Below, in pieces: positions 8,369-18,368 of a DNA stretch of 64,000 bases. The stretch is from positions 32,001-96,000 of the forward strand of contig JBEKTQ010000021.1 in NCBI GenBank assembly GCA_049515895.1. Reading direction: 5' to 3'. Position 1 is the stretch's first letter. Each line of letters opens with the position of its first letter. The notes beneath the pieces were generated by a model. It was not told the origin of the DNA and searched no databases. It saw only the letters and a program-made list of their open reading frames with translations. This stretch comes from Candidatus Bathyarchaeia archaeon. Lineage in GTDB: Archaea > Thermoproteota > Bathyarchaeia > Bathyarchaeales > Bathycorpusculaceae. A program made the position numbers and the translations under genes.

Positions 8369-9940
8369 CTACTTTGTAAACATAGCCGCGTCCTGAATGT
8401 ACTCCTTCCCAGTTCTCAGCGCGATTTCAGCCTTCGCCAACTCGCTTCCCAAATAAGCCAAATGGAGGGGCTGCACCGCTAAACCTAAATCGACGATTTC
8501 CGTGTAGATAGCCTCTGCCGTTTTGCCCTTGATGATTTTGTCGGGTTTATCCTTCTTTTGGTCTGAGTAATGCGTAGCCACAATGTATCCGCCGACGCGG
8601 TCAAGGATAACTTTGAAAGCTCCCGACGGGTCCAGTTTCGCCGCACCACTTTTTTCAGCATCGATTACAAGCGCTTTCCGCTCCAGCTTTTTGTCGTACT
8701 GTTCTTCCCTGTTTCTTTTGTCCTTAAACAGAAGCAGATCCATGCCGAGGTCTTTAGGAACCGAGCCACGCTTTTTCGCGAGAAACATCATTTTAGCCGC
8801 CGTGGCTTCCTCACCTACGCTGCCTTTCGCCTTGTCGCTTTTCTCAGTTGCCAAAAGGATGCTTGCGCCAACCTCTGAAGAGAGCCGCGCCAACAGAGCG
8901 TTGACCCCGACGGAATCGGCATCTATTAGCTCGGTAACGTTTGAAACACCTACAAACAAAGGGACATCGGGGTTTCTTTGGGCGAACAGATGAAAAGCCA
9001 TAAGCGATTCCAAAATGTCTGTCGGGTCAAGAATTAGGTCAGCAATGCATTTCGATATTCCAAGCCGTTTTGCCTTCGCAATTGTTAGTTCAAGAATAGC
9101 TGCGCGTTCCTCTGCTTTTTTATAGAATACCCCTTGCTGTTGATTAGTGGGAATCACGACGACTGCGACGTTGGAGACATATGTCGCGATTGTTTCAATG
9201 TTTCCTGCGTCCCCGCTTAAAACCAAGTCTGCCCCTGCACGGACGGCCTCGCGGATTTCTGCGGCGTCAAGCGAATCAATGCTGACCGGCACTTTCACCG
9301 CCCGTTTAACAAGCGCCAGAATTCGCTTTGCTTCTGAAGGCTGGGATTCGCCTGCAATCATGCCCACGTCGATGATGTCTGCTCCTGACTTTACGTGCCG
9401 TTTTGCCAATCTCTCAATGGCTACTTCATCCATTAGTGGGGCATCGACGATCTCGGCGAGGACGCGCATTGGAAAAGCTTTGCCGACAGCCAAGTCACCA
9501 ATCAGCATGCTACCAGGCATCTTGAGCAGTTCCACGCGGTTCTGTTCTGCCGTCCTTATCTCCCTCAGCGCTTTTTCATGAAGCTTCTCGCGAAGAAGGT
9601 CGTCAGCAGGCACCACTGTTGAAAGCTTAACTTGCCCAAGCGAATCCAGAACAATCGGCAGGTCGGCGTCGTACCGTGGACCCTTAAAAGCTGGGACGCT
9701 GAGGGCTTTTGAAATGGTTGATGTGTCGCAGCAGATTAAACCTGGGGTTAGGATTAAATCGTAACCTTTTAAGTTGGTTTTTTTTAGCGCTTCACTTATG
9801 GTCTTAGGCGTTAAGAAGGCGGCGATGGCGACGTTCAACGCGAGCACATGGGTTTCGACGTGGCTTTCTTTAGCGTAGCGTTCAACTGCGTCTTTTTCGT
9901 GCACGCTGGTTACTAGGAGTACTTTCATTTTTGACTCCAC
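8369..9940 (-). CDS. Archaeal dihydropteroate synthase-like protein with C-terminal DUF4346-type domain
   Basis: GADIIDVGM, PVSIDS, NVTELIDADSVGVNA, PKDLG.DLL.FKDKR, HLAYLGSELAKAEIAL...YIQD. Confidence 0.85.
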   Translation of the reverse strand: MESKMKVLLVTSVHEKDAVERYAKESHVETHVLALNVAIAAFLTPKTISEALKKTNLKGYDLILTPGLICCDTSTISKALSVPAFKGPRYDADLPIVLDSLGQVKLSTVVPADDLLREKLHEKALREIRTAEQNRVELLKMPGSMLIGDLAVGKAFPMRVLAEIVDAPLMDEVAIERLAKRHVKSGADIIDVGMIAGESQPSEAKRILALVKRAVKVPVSIDSLDAAEIREAVRAGADLVLSGDAGNIETIATYVSNVAVVVIPTNQQQGVFYKKAEERAAILELTIAKAKRLGISKCIADLILDPTDILESLMAFHLFAQRNPDVPLFVGVSNVTELIDADSVGVNALLARLSSEVGASILLATEKSDKAKGSVGEEATAAKMMFLAKKRGSVPKDLGMDLLLFKDKRNREEQYDKKLERKALVIDAEKSGAAKLDPSGAFKVILDRVGGYIVATHYSDQKKDKPDKIIKGKTAEAIYTEIVDLGLAVQPLHLAYLGSELAKAEIALRTGKEYIQDAAMFTK

Positions 9941-10572
9941 CCGTCAATTCTTTTCAACAAATCAGCCAGAACCGAGGAGTACGATGAGTTCGGTGCAACC
10001 CGATTCACCAATAAGTTGTAGTCTCGAATTTTTCTTAGCAATTCGCTCACATGCCCCTGTTCGTTTTGGTCGCGTGCCAGCGCTTTCACGCGGGTTGCGT
10101 GTACAATGGCTTCAAGCGTCAACCCAAACGCACGGCAGTAAACTTGCGGATACCCCTTTTCCGCCCACACCTGCTCAACAGTAAAAACCGCCCGCGTCTT
10201 TTCCTCGCCGTCTGCAGCCAAATCTGCGACGGAAACCTCAACTATTGCATCCGCCAGGCGTAGTTTGGGTGCGTTTACTGCTTGGGCTTTTGTGAACCAT
10301 TCCTTGGGGAGCGCACCGTTTAGGTTTGCCTCTTTAAATGCTGTTCTGTAGTAGGCTTCTACGTTGCCGGTCAAGTTGACAACGGCGCATCTTCCCGTTT
10401 TTACGTTGACAAGGGTTTTGGAGGAATTATAAATGTTAACGGTTAGATGCTGCTCGTCAATGAGGGTGGCGCCCATGGGTGCAGCGTTGGCCGATTCATC
10501 TTGGTTGTAGGTGGAAACTATGGTTTCTGCGATTGCACCTTTTAAGAAGCCTAGATCGGTGAGTTTGACCAT
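9925..10572 (-). CDS. DUF447 family protein (flavin-reductase-like fold)
   Basis: ETIVST...NAAPMG...SKTLVN...LEAIVHATR; usual neighbour of the DHPS-like gene. Confidence 0.8.
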   Translation of the reverse strand: MVKLTDLGFLKGAIAETIVSTYNQDESANAAPMGATLIDEQHLTVNIYNSSKTLVNVKTGRCAVVNLTGNVEAYYRTAFKEANLNGALPKEWFTKAQAVNAPKLRLADAIVEVSVADLAADGEEKTRAVFTVEQVWAEKGYPQVYCRAFGLTLEAIVHATRVKALARDQNEQGHVSELLRKIRDYNLLVNRVAPNSSYSSVLADLLKRIDGWSQK

Positions 10573-10699
10573 CGAACCAACCCAATTGACCTAGAAGGTT
10601 GTGATAATTAAGTATAATTGTTTCCTCCGAAACAACTATTGGAAAATCCCAGAAATCAAAGCCTTTTATACGGTTGCGAGGTGATAGTTCTTTAGTCGT

Positions 10700-11038
10700 A
10701 TGAGCGAGGAAATCACCCCGTGGCTACTACAGTTTGAAAGCGGCAGAAAATGGTTTAACACTTTCAAGTCAGAGCAGACCAAGAGACTTTACACGGAAAG
10801 GTTGGAACACTATTGCAAAACGGTAGGTAAAAATCCAGATGAATTGATTGAACTTAAAATTGAAGGGTTAAAAAACATAAATTCAGTAAAAGAGTGGCAA
10901 GCGGAAAACTTGTTAGATAGCTACCTTTACAGCCCATCGGAACAGTTTGCTAAAAACAAATGTGGAACTGGCAACGCCAAAAAAAGGAAAAAAGGTGAAA
11001 TACTTAATAGTCCAAGTACTTCATTTTCTCTGACCTAA
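10700..11038 (+). pseudogene. N-terminal fragment of a tyrosine recombinase/integrase
   Basis: SEQTKRLY...LEHYCKTVGKNPDELI resembles the core-binding (SAM-like) domain. No R-HxxR-Y catalytic domain. Promoter (AAAGCCTTTTATA) and SD (GAGGTGA) are intact. The stop codon lies inside the 140-bp repeat. Confidence 0.65.
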
Positions 11039-11148
11039 CTGTTGAACTTACAATAACTTTTTAACATCGGACAAGTTTTAGTAAATTAAGTGAAACGGCA
11101 TGGAAGAAAAACTTAATAACCATGTCGGAGGAAACCGTTATTTAAGTT
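11008..11148 (+). repeat. ~140-bp dispersed repeat, copy 1
   Basis: tagtccaagtacttcatt...gaaaccgttatttaagtt; near-identical to 17522-17662. Confidence 0.95.
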
Positions 11149-11283
11149 TATCAGAAAGATTAAGTTGCCAAAATATTCTAGGCAAGTTCGATTTTATGGC
11201 GCGCGCGCAGTTAGGCTTAACTTTAACGGAGACATGCATAAGAATCAACTTGGAGCCATTAATAGTTGAAGAAGAGAAATAGC

Positions 11284-11433
11284 ATGGAAGTAAATGAAGC
11301 AGAAACTTTTAAGTCCTACAATCAAAAGCTGGAAGAGAAGTACGGTGACAATTGGCTTGGAAAAGGCAAATGTACGGGACTTGAGTTTAAGCGTTGGTTA
11401 GCCCTGCGTGATAATAAAACAGAAATTCCGTGA
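11284..11433 (+). CDS. Small hypothetical protein (49 aa, MEVNEAETFKSYNQKLEEKYGDNWLGKGKCTGLEFKRWLALRDNKTEIP)
   Basis: Open ATG-TGA frame with protein-like composition downstream of repeat copy 1. Confidence 0.4.
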   Translation: MEVNEAETFKSYNQKLEEKYGDNWLGKGKCTGLEFKRWLALRDNKTEIP

Positions 11434-11625
11434 CGCAGGCGCTAAGAGTTAGATTAAGCGCATGCATTAACCATAATTATCATTGCAATTCCTAACAATA
11501 TTCTTAATTATTTCTTATTTCGCTAGGGGTAACTTTTCTCATATTTTTAACCCCCAAAATCCTTATTTTAACGCGTACATTCAAGGGTCCATGTTCTCTT
11601 CTATCGTCTCTGAGAATGGCTCCAA

Positions 11626-11719
11626 AACTTTTTAACATCGGACAAGTTTTAGTAAATTAAGTGAAACGGCATGGAAGAAAAACTTAATAACCATGTCGGA
11701 GGAAACCGTTATTTAAGTT
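11626..11719 (+). repeat. ~140-bp dispersed repeat, partial copy 2 (3' 94 bp)
   Basis: aactttttaacatcggac...gttatttaagtt, identical to the matching part of copy 1. Confidence 0.95.
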
Positions 11720-12010
11720 AATCCTTATTCCAGCTAGCTTTGAAATAAACAGCAGTTCCCAATAAAATAAAACATTCTTGCGTTTTTCTTACTTTTCCTT
11801 TTTTTCCACACGCAATAGTTGATTTCTACGTTCCAAGCGTCAAAGTAACTATTGAGTGTAAAGCTTGTGGACTTACGCCTGTCCCGAGAATACAACAAAA
11901 TCCTCAGTCCCATATTTACGAAAGACTTTGACTTTAACGCTTAATCAGAAAACGCGCGCTGGTCTGTCCCTAAAATATCAACATTTAGGTTTGGAATAAA
12001 ATCTTGATTT

Positions 12011-12034
12011 AACCAACAAACCAACAAACCAACA
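12011..12034. repeat. (AACCAACA)3 tandem repeat
   Basis: Direct reading; followed by roughly 9-bp CCTG-periodic units near 12047-12073. Confidence 0.7.
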
Positions 12035-12197
12035 ATACTGCAACCTCCTGTAAACCTGAGAAACCTGTGATCCTTATGGCATGCAATTCACATTTGGCAG
12101 CAACCTACAAAACTAACACAAATACGAAAGCATCAAGAATGTCAACGATTCACAAGCCTGAATTTCACAAAAGAAAAAAAGGGTATGTTTTAGTTTC

Positions 12198-12674
12198 TTA
12201 ATCAATCAAAGTATGTCCTTGGCCGATAAAGAGGGTACTGCAACCAAATGCTGTTACGCAATATGGCTTGCTAAGATCAATAACTACGGTAATGGGCGAT
12301 AAAGGCGTCGAAAACACTATGGGATTGCTTGCAACAGGATCATCGACAGCATAAGGGGAAGCGCATAGTGTTAGAACGTTGCATTTACTGATCTTAACAG
12401 AGGACAGATCAATTACCCATTCGAACCCATGACCATGCACCACAAGCAGGACAAAACCCCCACCGAGGGTGTCGGTTATGGCTGGCACCTCGCCGGGTGC
12501 AAGACCAAACACAACCTCCAAAGTCGCGCAACCACTAATGCAGCCCTCGCTAGTTTTCACATAAGCCCATCCAGATGCCTCTGTATTCGGATAAGTAGTC
12601 GCAAATGCTGGTGTCACAAGCAGACTTAGCATTGAGAGCAACGGAATCAAAACAAGCAAAGCTTTCCTATTCAT
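12198..12674 (-). CDS. Secreted hypothetical protein
   Basis: Signal peptide MNRKALLVLIPLLSMLSLLVTPAFA; beta-rich and Cys-containing. Confidence 0.7.
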   Translation of the reverse strand: MNRKALLVLIPLLSMLSLLVTPAFATTYPNTEASGWAYVKTSEGCISGCATLEVVFGLAPGEVPAITDTLGGGFVLLVVHGHGFEWVIDLSSVKISKCNVLTLCASPYAVDDPVASNPIVFSTPLSPITVVIDLSKPYCVTAFGCSTLFIGQGHTLID

Positions 12675-12910
12675 ACATTATACTCCTTACAATTTAAACG
12701 AAGAGAAAACTAACCCAAAAACTGGGCTCTTCGCCACAACCCCCCCTTCTCGCCCTCATATTTATTCATTTTCAAAAAAGTACTCTTACGATACCAAACA
12801 ATCTCCTCTCCCACAAATTAACATGACTTTTCCTAAATTGGGTAGACCTCAGCAATCATCAACCAAGCCGCGTGATTATTCCAAAAGACGTGTGTGGGGG
12901 TTTGGGTTTG

Positions 12911-12927
12911 GGATTAAAATTTAATCC
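12911..12927. repeat. 17-bp palindrome copy B
   Basis: GGATTAAAATTTAATCC flanked by GGGTTTGGGTTTG and AAACACAC. Confidence 0.85.
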
Positions 12928-12987
12928 AAACACACAAAAACATAAAATCGTCTATGTCTATAGAGTCTTAGGATTGGGTGAGAAAGC

Positions 12988-13215
12988 ATGAAACTCCATT
13001 GTGTGAAATGTGGTCACCTGCTACCAAAAGATGAGAGCGCAAAATCCTTGCTGCCATTTGACGTTTACCGATGTCGGAATTGCGGGGATGGTATGCTTTT
13101 TGATATGGCTACAAAAGAAGCTTATCTGATTCCTAAAAGCCTAGGACTGTTCAAGATGACACTTGAAAAAGTCAAAAAAGCAATCAACCAAATTCCGTAT
13201 GATGAAGATTACTAA
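12988..13215 (+). CDS. Small zinc-ribbon protein
   Basis: CVKCG...CRNCG; SD GGTGAG upstream. Confidence 0.7.
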   Translation: MKLHCVKCGHLLPKDESAKSLLPFDVYRCRNCGDGMLFDMATKEAYLIPKSLGLFKMTLEKVKKAINQIPYDEDY

Positions 13216-13256
13216 ACTTCCTGCAAGCGTGAACACGCCTGTATGTGTATTAGCAA

Positions 13257-13303
13257 GTTTAAACTAAATTTGTAAACCAGTAATTTTTGTGGATAAACGT
13301 GAA
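13257..13303 (+). repeat. 47-bp direct repeat, left of the CheB/CheR kinase gene
   Basis: gtttaaactaaatttgtaaaccagtaatttttgtggataaacgtgaa; matches 17357-17404 with one indel and one mismatch. Confidence 0.9.
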
Positions 13304-13570
13304 TGTAGACCTAACACCCTGCACTTTTTGCTTGTTTCTTGCTATTTTCTTGCTTCTTCGCAAAGAAGGTAACGCATATTCACTTTGGTTGGGTTCAATC
13401 CTTCGCGTCCATAATGCGATTCGAACACGGCAAGCTTCAAATCCCAAAGATCCGCGTCACTTAAGCTTCAGAACCTGCTTGGATCATCTTAAGATTCACA
13501 ATCGAAAGAACGTGTCTTCTCAATAAGAGACGGCAAGATTCTGCCGTTTTCTTCTTTGACAAGTTCCCAT

Positions 13571-16500
13571 TCACTTTTTTATTTCTTGGGGAGGGAAACG
13601 AACTGTGAAAGTTGTTCCTTTGCCTTCTTGGCTCTCAAAAGTCACTGTGCCGCCTAAAGCTTCACTCATCCGCTTAACGACAGGTAAGCCAAAACCTTGA
13701 CCCTTAGCCTTTGTCGTGAACATTGGCGTAAACAATTTACTTTTTACACCTTCAGGAATACCAACTCCAGTGTCCTTAACGGTTATGACGACGTCGTTTG
13801 CTTCCTTGTAGGCGTGTATGGAAAGCTTTCCGCCTTTAGGCATGGCTTGAACAGCATTATTCACTAAATTATGCATAATACGGTTAATGTAAGAGGAATC
13901 AACAATAACTTTACAAGCCTCAGTTTCCACTTTAACGCTTGCCTTAACGTTCTCTGGCAACCCGTTCTTTGCTAGCAACTCTTCAATTATCAGTTTTAGG
14001 TCGGCTTCCTCAACACGAGGGTTCAGAGGCCTAGCAAAATCTTGAAGATCAGCCACAATCTTGTTAATATAATCAATGTTCTTTTCAATCTCTTTCAGAC
14101 TCTCTACTGCACTCTTTTTCTCATCGCTTTCCGGAATCAAGGCCAACTCTGTTTTAGCCAAGTAAACATCGCCAGTTATAGCCTGCAACGGATTACGAAT
14201 GTCATGACCAACCATACCAGCAGTCGTACCTATTGCTGCAAGCCTCTCCGAATCTTTTAGCTGCTTAGAACGCTCATCAACAAGATTCTCCAAATTTTCA
14301 GTGTACTGTTTAATCTTCTGCCGCAATTCTTTGTGTTTACTTATGTCGCCACCGTAAATGTTAACGTAACCTTCAGCTGCTATTGGCATAAACAGCAACA
14401 GAAGAGTCATATCGCCAAAGGTTTCCTCAAGCTCAACCTGTTTGTTAGAGTCTAATGCGTCGACAACAAGTTTGTTTATGTGGTCAGGTGCGCGTTCGCC
14501 GACTTTGCTTCTCCATTTAGTTAACAAAGACGCGGCGGCGGGATTACGGTATAAAATGGTGCCAGTCCGGTCGATGCGTAATACAGTGGATGGGTTTTCG
14601 GAAGGAAATTTTGCAAGACTTTCAACTTCGCGCTGGTGCTTCTTGCGTTCAGTTATGTCTGTGAAGGATAAGACTGCGCCGTCAATCTTTTTCTCCTCAG
14701 TTAAATAGGGTCGAACTCGCATTTCATAGCAACGACCTTCGGTGCTTGTGACTTCTCGGTTGACAGGCGTTAGTTTGGTGATCACATCCGAGATTGTCTT
14801 TCTTAAATTTACAATAAGAATCCCTGAATTGATGCTAATGATTGAGTGCCCAACATCGGACGGCGAAATTTTCAAAAGTACTTGAGCTGAAACCGTAAAA
14901 CGTCTTATCTTCAGGTCGTTATCAACAATAATTACTGGTAGGTCAATGTTTGTTTGCAGATTGGCTAAGTCATCATTCAGGCGACCAAGAGCCTGATTGC
15001 GGTTCTTAAGCTCCTCGTTTAGAGTATGCAGTTCCTCGTTTCCCGACTGCAGCTCCTCTTTTGCTGTTTCCAGCTCTTCATTTGTGCTCTGCAATTCTTC
15101 ATTGCTAGATTGAACCTCTTCCATAGACGATCGCAGCTCCTCATTGGTTGCCTCCTGCCCCTCGACAAGAGTTTGCAAAGACTCCTTGGTTGCCTCCAAA
15201 TCCTCCCTAAGTTCGCGAATTTGTCGATCCTTAAGATTTTCCATCTCGACAGGCGAAACTACAGATTCAATTTCTTTAGTTGAATTTATATTCTGTGAAG
15301 TTGCTTCAGTAAATAACACAAGATAAAAAGGTTCGTCGCATTCTGGTATTTTTAGTGGTCTTATCTCGATGTTAATTGTTTTTGCGGCCTCTTTTTGCTT
15401 GAAGCGCACCGTTTCTTTGAAGATTTTATTTTCTTTTCTTGCTCTATAAACAGCAGTCTGAACTTGCGACCTCAACTCTTTCCGAATAATCTTAGTAACG
15501 TTCAGGCTCGCCGCTCCCGATTCAGGCGAAAGATAAGGTGCAACGTCTCCGCGAAAAACAAGTATGTCTAAGCTACTATTAGCCAACAAAGTCGCTGGAC
15601 CATACTCTGTCATTATCAGACGGTCGACTTTCTCTCCTAAAACAGTTAGCAGATCCACTTTTCCAATCGGTTTAGCAGTTTTATTGGCTGCGTAAGGAGT
15701 AAAGGTGCCTTCGCCTAAAATCGCTTGCGGCTGGGTTTGCTTCTTTCTGTAAATCTGGCCTTTCGGGATAATTGGTTCAAACATGTATTGGAATTTGCCG
15801 ACGCTTTCGGATTCGCCTAAAACTAAAAAACCATTCGGCTTTAATCCGTAATGGAAAATCGGCAATACACGCTCGTGAAGATGAGAATCAAAATAAATGA
15901 GTACATTTCTGCACATAATGAGGTCTATGTTGGAGAAAGGCGGATCTGTTGTTATGTCCTGTTTTGCAAATATGCACATGTCACGTATGGATTTTATTAT
16001 TCGGCAATGTCCATTGTCAGAAGTGAAAAATCGTTTAAACCTGTTCTGGGAGATTTTGTCTTCTACACTTTTTGGATATGCTCCTTGGCGAGCTTTCTCA
16101 ATATTCTTTTCATTTGCATCGGTTCCAAAAATTTGAATTCGTATCTCTGTTATGGCTTTTTCTTCTAGGAATTCTCGAAGTGCTATGGCGAATGAATAAA
16201 CTTCTTCACCTGTTGAACAGCCAGGAACCCAAACCCGTATCGACTCGTCGGGAGACCTTTTCGCTACAAGTTCTGGAAAAACCTTTTCTTTCAAAGCCAC
16301 GAAAGTGTTCGGTTCTCTAAAGAAGCTTGTTACGCCGATTAGCATGTCATCAAACAATGCTTGTTGCTCACTTGGCTGTTTCCGCAAATACTCAAGGTAC
16401 GCCTTCATGTTTTCGGCCTTGTTGATGACCATACGGCGCGTGATGCGCCGATTTATGGTTGTTTCTCTGTAATGGGTAAAATCAACGCCGAAAGAAGCTT

Positions 16501-17191
16501 TGAGCAGCATAATGATTTTTTTAAAGTCAGTCTCGACTTTCTCTTGCTCCGACGCCTTTGTTTTGGAACGGACAAGTTGAGGATGATTGGCGATTCTTGC
16601 TAGCTCTCTTGCTATCAGCTCCGGGGATAGAACAAAATCAGGGGTTTCGTCGGCTATGGCGTTCTTGGGCATGTCAGGATATTGCGCTGTGTCTGGGTCT
16701 TGTACAAAGGTTATTCCGTCTTCAGCTTTGATTGCTTTTAATCCTTCGGTTCCGTCATTTCCCGTTCCAGAGAGCACTATTCCAATTGCCCGTGTTTTTT
16801 TCTCTGAAGCCAGGGAAATCAGAAAGTCATTAATAGGTTTGAAAAACTGTTTCTTAGGAAAAAGCTTGATGCATCCGTTCTTTAGAGTCATGGTTGCCCC
16901 TGGAGGAATAACGTAAACTTGATCTTGTTCTACCTTCATGTCGTCCTTGGCTTGTTGAACCTTCATTTTGGTGGATCTTGAAAGGATCTCGGGCAACATG
17001 CTTTCTTGACCAGCAGCCAAATGTTGGATAACCACGAAGGACAAACCCGTTCGGATGGGCAAATTTTCCAGTAATTTCGTAATGGGTTCTAATCCGCCTG
17101 CAGAAGCGCCAATCCCAACAATTGGAAACTCATTTGATGCCTTGGTTTCAGAAGAGCTTTGTGGGTTCAACCCCGCTTTTTTTGTCTTCAT
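13571..17191 (-). CDS. CheB methylesterase-CheR methyltransferase-coiled coil-PAS-histidine kinase fusion
   Basis: GASAGG, VIQH, GTGNDG (CheB triad); VTSFFR, WVPGCSTGEE, CRNVLIYF (CheR); EELQSTNEEL coil; HDIRNPL, NNAVQA, DTGVGI, GQGFGL (kinase). Confidence 0.95.
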   Translation of the reverse strand: MKTKKAGLNPQSSSETKASNEFPIVGIGASAGGLEPITKLLENLPIRTGLSFVVIQHLAAGQESMLPEILSRSTKMKVQQAKDDMKVEQDQVYVIPPGATMTLKNGCIKLFPKKQFFKPINDFLISLASEKKTRAIGIVLSGTGNDGTEGLKAIKAEDGITFVQDPDTAQYPDMPKNAIADETPDFVLSPELIARELARIANHPQLVRSKTKASEQEKVETDFKKIIMLLKASFGVDFTHYRETTINRRITRRMVINKAENMKAYLEYLRKQPSEQQALFDDMLIGVTSFFREPNTFVALKEKVFPELVAKRSPDESIRVWVPGCSTGEEVYSFAIALREFLEEKAITEIRIQIFGTDANEKNIEKARQGAYPKSVEDKISQNRFKRFFTSDNGHCRIIKSIRDMCIFAKQDITTDPPFSNIDLIMCRNVLIYFDSHLHERVLPIFHYGLKPNGFLVLGESESVGKFQYMFEPIIPKGQIYRKKQTQPQAILGEGTFTPYAANKTAKPIGKVDLLTVLGEKVDRLIMTEYGPATLLANSSLDILVFRGDVAPYLSPESGAASLNVTKIIRKELRSQVQTAVYRARKENKIFKETVRFKQKEAAKTINIEIRPLKIPECDEPFYLVLFTEATSQNINSTKEIESVVSPVEMENLKDRQIRELREDLEATKESLQTLVEGQEATNEELRSSMEEVQSSNEELQSTNEELETAKEELQSGNEELHTLNEELKNRNQALGRLNDDLANLQTNIDLPVIIVDNDLKIRRFTVSAQVLLKISPSDVGHSIISINSGILIVNLRKTISDVITKLTPVNREVTSTEGRCYEMRVRPYLTEEKKIDGAVLSFTDITERKKHQREVESLAKFPSENPSTVLRIDRTGTILYRNPAAASLLTKWRSKVGERAPDHINKLVVDALDSNKQVELEETFGDMTLLLLFMPIAAEGYVNIYGGDISKHKELRQKIKQYTENLENLVDERSKQLKDSERLAAIGTTAGMVGHDIRNPLQAITGDVYLAKTELALIPESDEKKSAVESLKEIEKNIDYINKIVADLQDFARPLNPRVEEADLKLIIEELLAKNGLPENVKASVKVETEACKVIVDSSYINRIMHNLVNNAVQAMPKGGKLSIHAYKEANDVVITVKDTGVGIPEGVKSKLFTPMFTTKAKGQGFGLPVVKRMSEALGGTVTFESQEGKGTTFTVRFPPQEIKK

Positions 17192-17356
17192 TTACAAACC
17201 TCACAGCCAATAAAATCGATATAATTCTTGACCGAAATTTATGCTCAGGCTATAATTTAAAACTTGGTACTATCGAATTGAAAAACCGCGCACGAATCGT
17301 TTTTCTACCAACTTCTTAATCGCAGGTGAATCAAGTTCACCTTTTCTTTTACGAAG

Positions 17357-17404
17357 GTTTAAACTAAATTTTGTAAACAAGTAATTTTTGTGGATAAACG
17401 TGAA
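17357..17404 (+). repeat. 48-bp direct repeat, right of the CheB/CheR kinase gene
   Basis: gtttaaactaaattttgtaaacaagtaatttttgtggataaacgtgaa. Confidence 0.9.
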
Positions 17405-17521
17405 ATTAAACGATTAGCGGATAAACTTAACTTTCTATCAAGTTGCTTTGAATTGCCTCTCACGGTGGATGCGGGGCGACAGGGAATAATCACCCTCAGT
17501 TTGGCGTTAAAAACGATATTT

Positions 17522-17662
17522 TAGTCCAAGTACTTCATTCTATCTGACCTAACAGACAAAACTTACAATAACTTTTTAACATCGGACAAGTTTTAGTAAA
17601 TTAAGGGAAACGGCATGGAAGAAAAATTTAATAACCATGTCGGAGGAAATCGTTATTTAAGT
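17522..17662 (+). repeat. ~140-bp dispersed repeat, copy 3
   Basis: Same orientation as copy 1, with about 10 differences. Confidence 0.95.
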
Positions 17663-18084
17663 ATAATCGTTTCTGAAGCATTAAATACTGGCTTCTTCGG
17701 CTGAAAACGTAACTACTTCTGATTCAGAAGCACACAATATCACGAAAGAACAACTAACTCTGTTTTAATGATGGACTGTTATTATCTTGAAACGCTCGTG
17801 ATACCAAGTCATATGAACCAGAAATGGATGTTGCGGAGCTCGCCAGAATATTTCAATTTCTTACATATTAGTGTACGTGAAATCTGCTTTAAATCGAGTT
17901 AAAGCTTTGAGTGCATAGGAGCGCACGAAATTAGTGCGGGGGGATAGGAGACGGCTAGTAATACTGCCAAAATAGACGAAGTATCAGATGCTCTGCATAA
18001 GGTTTTCTGCGACCACGCACGGGCACAAGCACAGAAAGTACAACCAGAGAAGCAATGATAATTTGAAGGCGGTTTGATATGGAA

Positions 18085-18346
18085 TCTATTCAGCATTCCA
18101 TTTGTTGAGAAGACGAACGCTTTCTTGTTTGTGAATTGGGTAGTTTGTCTGCAAAGTCAAGGAGTTCTCTGTAGTTTTTCCCGGTGTCGATTGCTGAGCC
18201 GAAGCCTAATAATTCGTGCTTTTGAAGCTCATCTGGGATAGTCGGTTGGGGAGACTTCGCCTGTGCATCGAGCACTTTGGCGAAGACTTCGTCTACTTTC
18301 TGGTGTTGTTGTGAAGATATGAGAATAAGATTATCAAAGACTTCAA
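18085..18346 (-). pseudogene. Flavodoxin-family pseudogene (two frameshifts, 3' truncated)
   Basis: Joining frames gives MKSLIILFSYLHNNT / KVDEVFAKVLDAQ...LLGFGSAIDTGKNYRELLDFADKLP / TNKKAFVFSTNG. The 3' boundary is approximate. Confidence 0.75.
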
Positions 18347-18368
18347 AAGTTGCTCAACCCTTACTTTT

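Noticed and set aside
11100-11282. 60-aa ORF beginning inside the 140-bp repeat
   Set aside because: The other repeat copies do not preserve a comparable ORF beyond the repeat, so it is likely incidental.
13385-13450. GGGTTCAATCC T-loop-like motif
   Set aside because: No cloverleaf can be built around it.
17464-17500. Possible degenerate tRNA 3' end / att site on the minus strand (GAGGGTGATTATTCCCTGTCGCCCCGCATCCA)
   Set aside because: No TTC in the T-loop, wrong stem lengths and no matching tRNA copy in the window.
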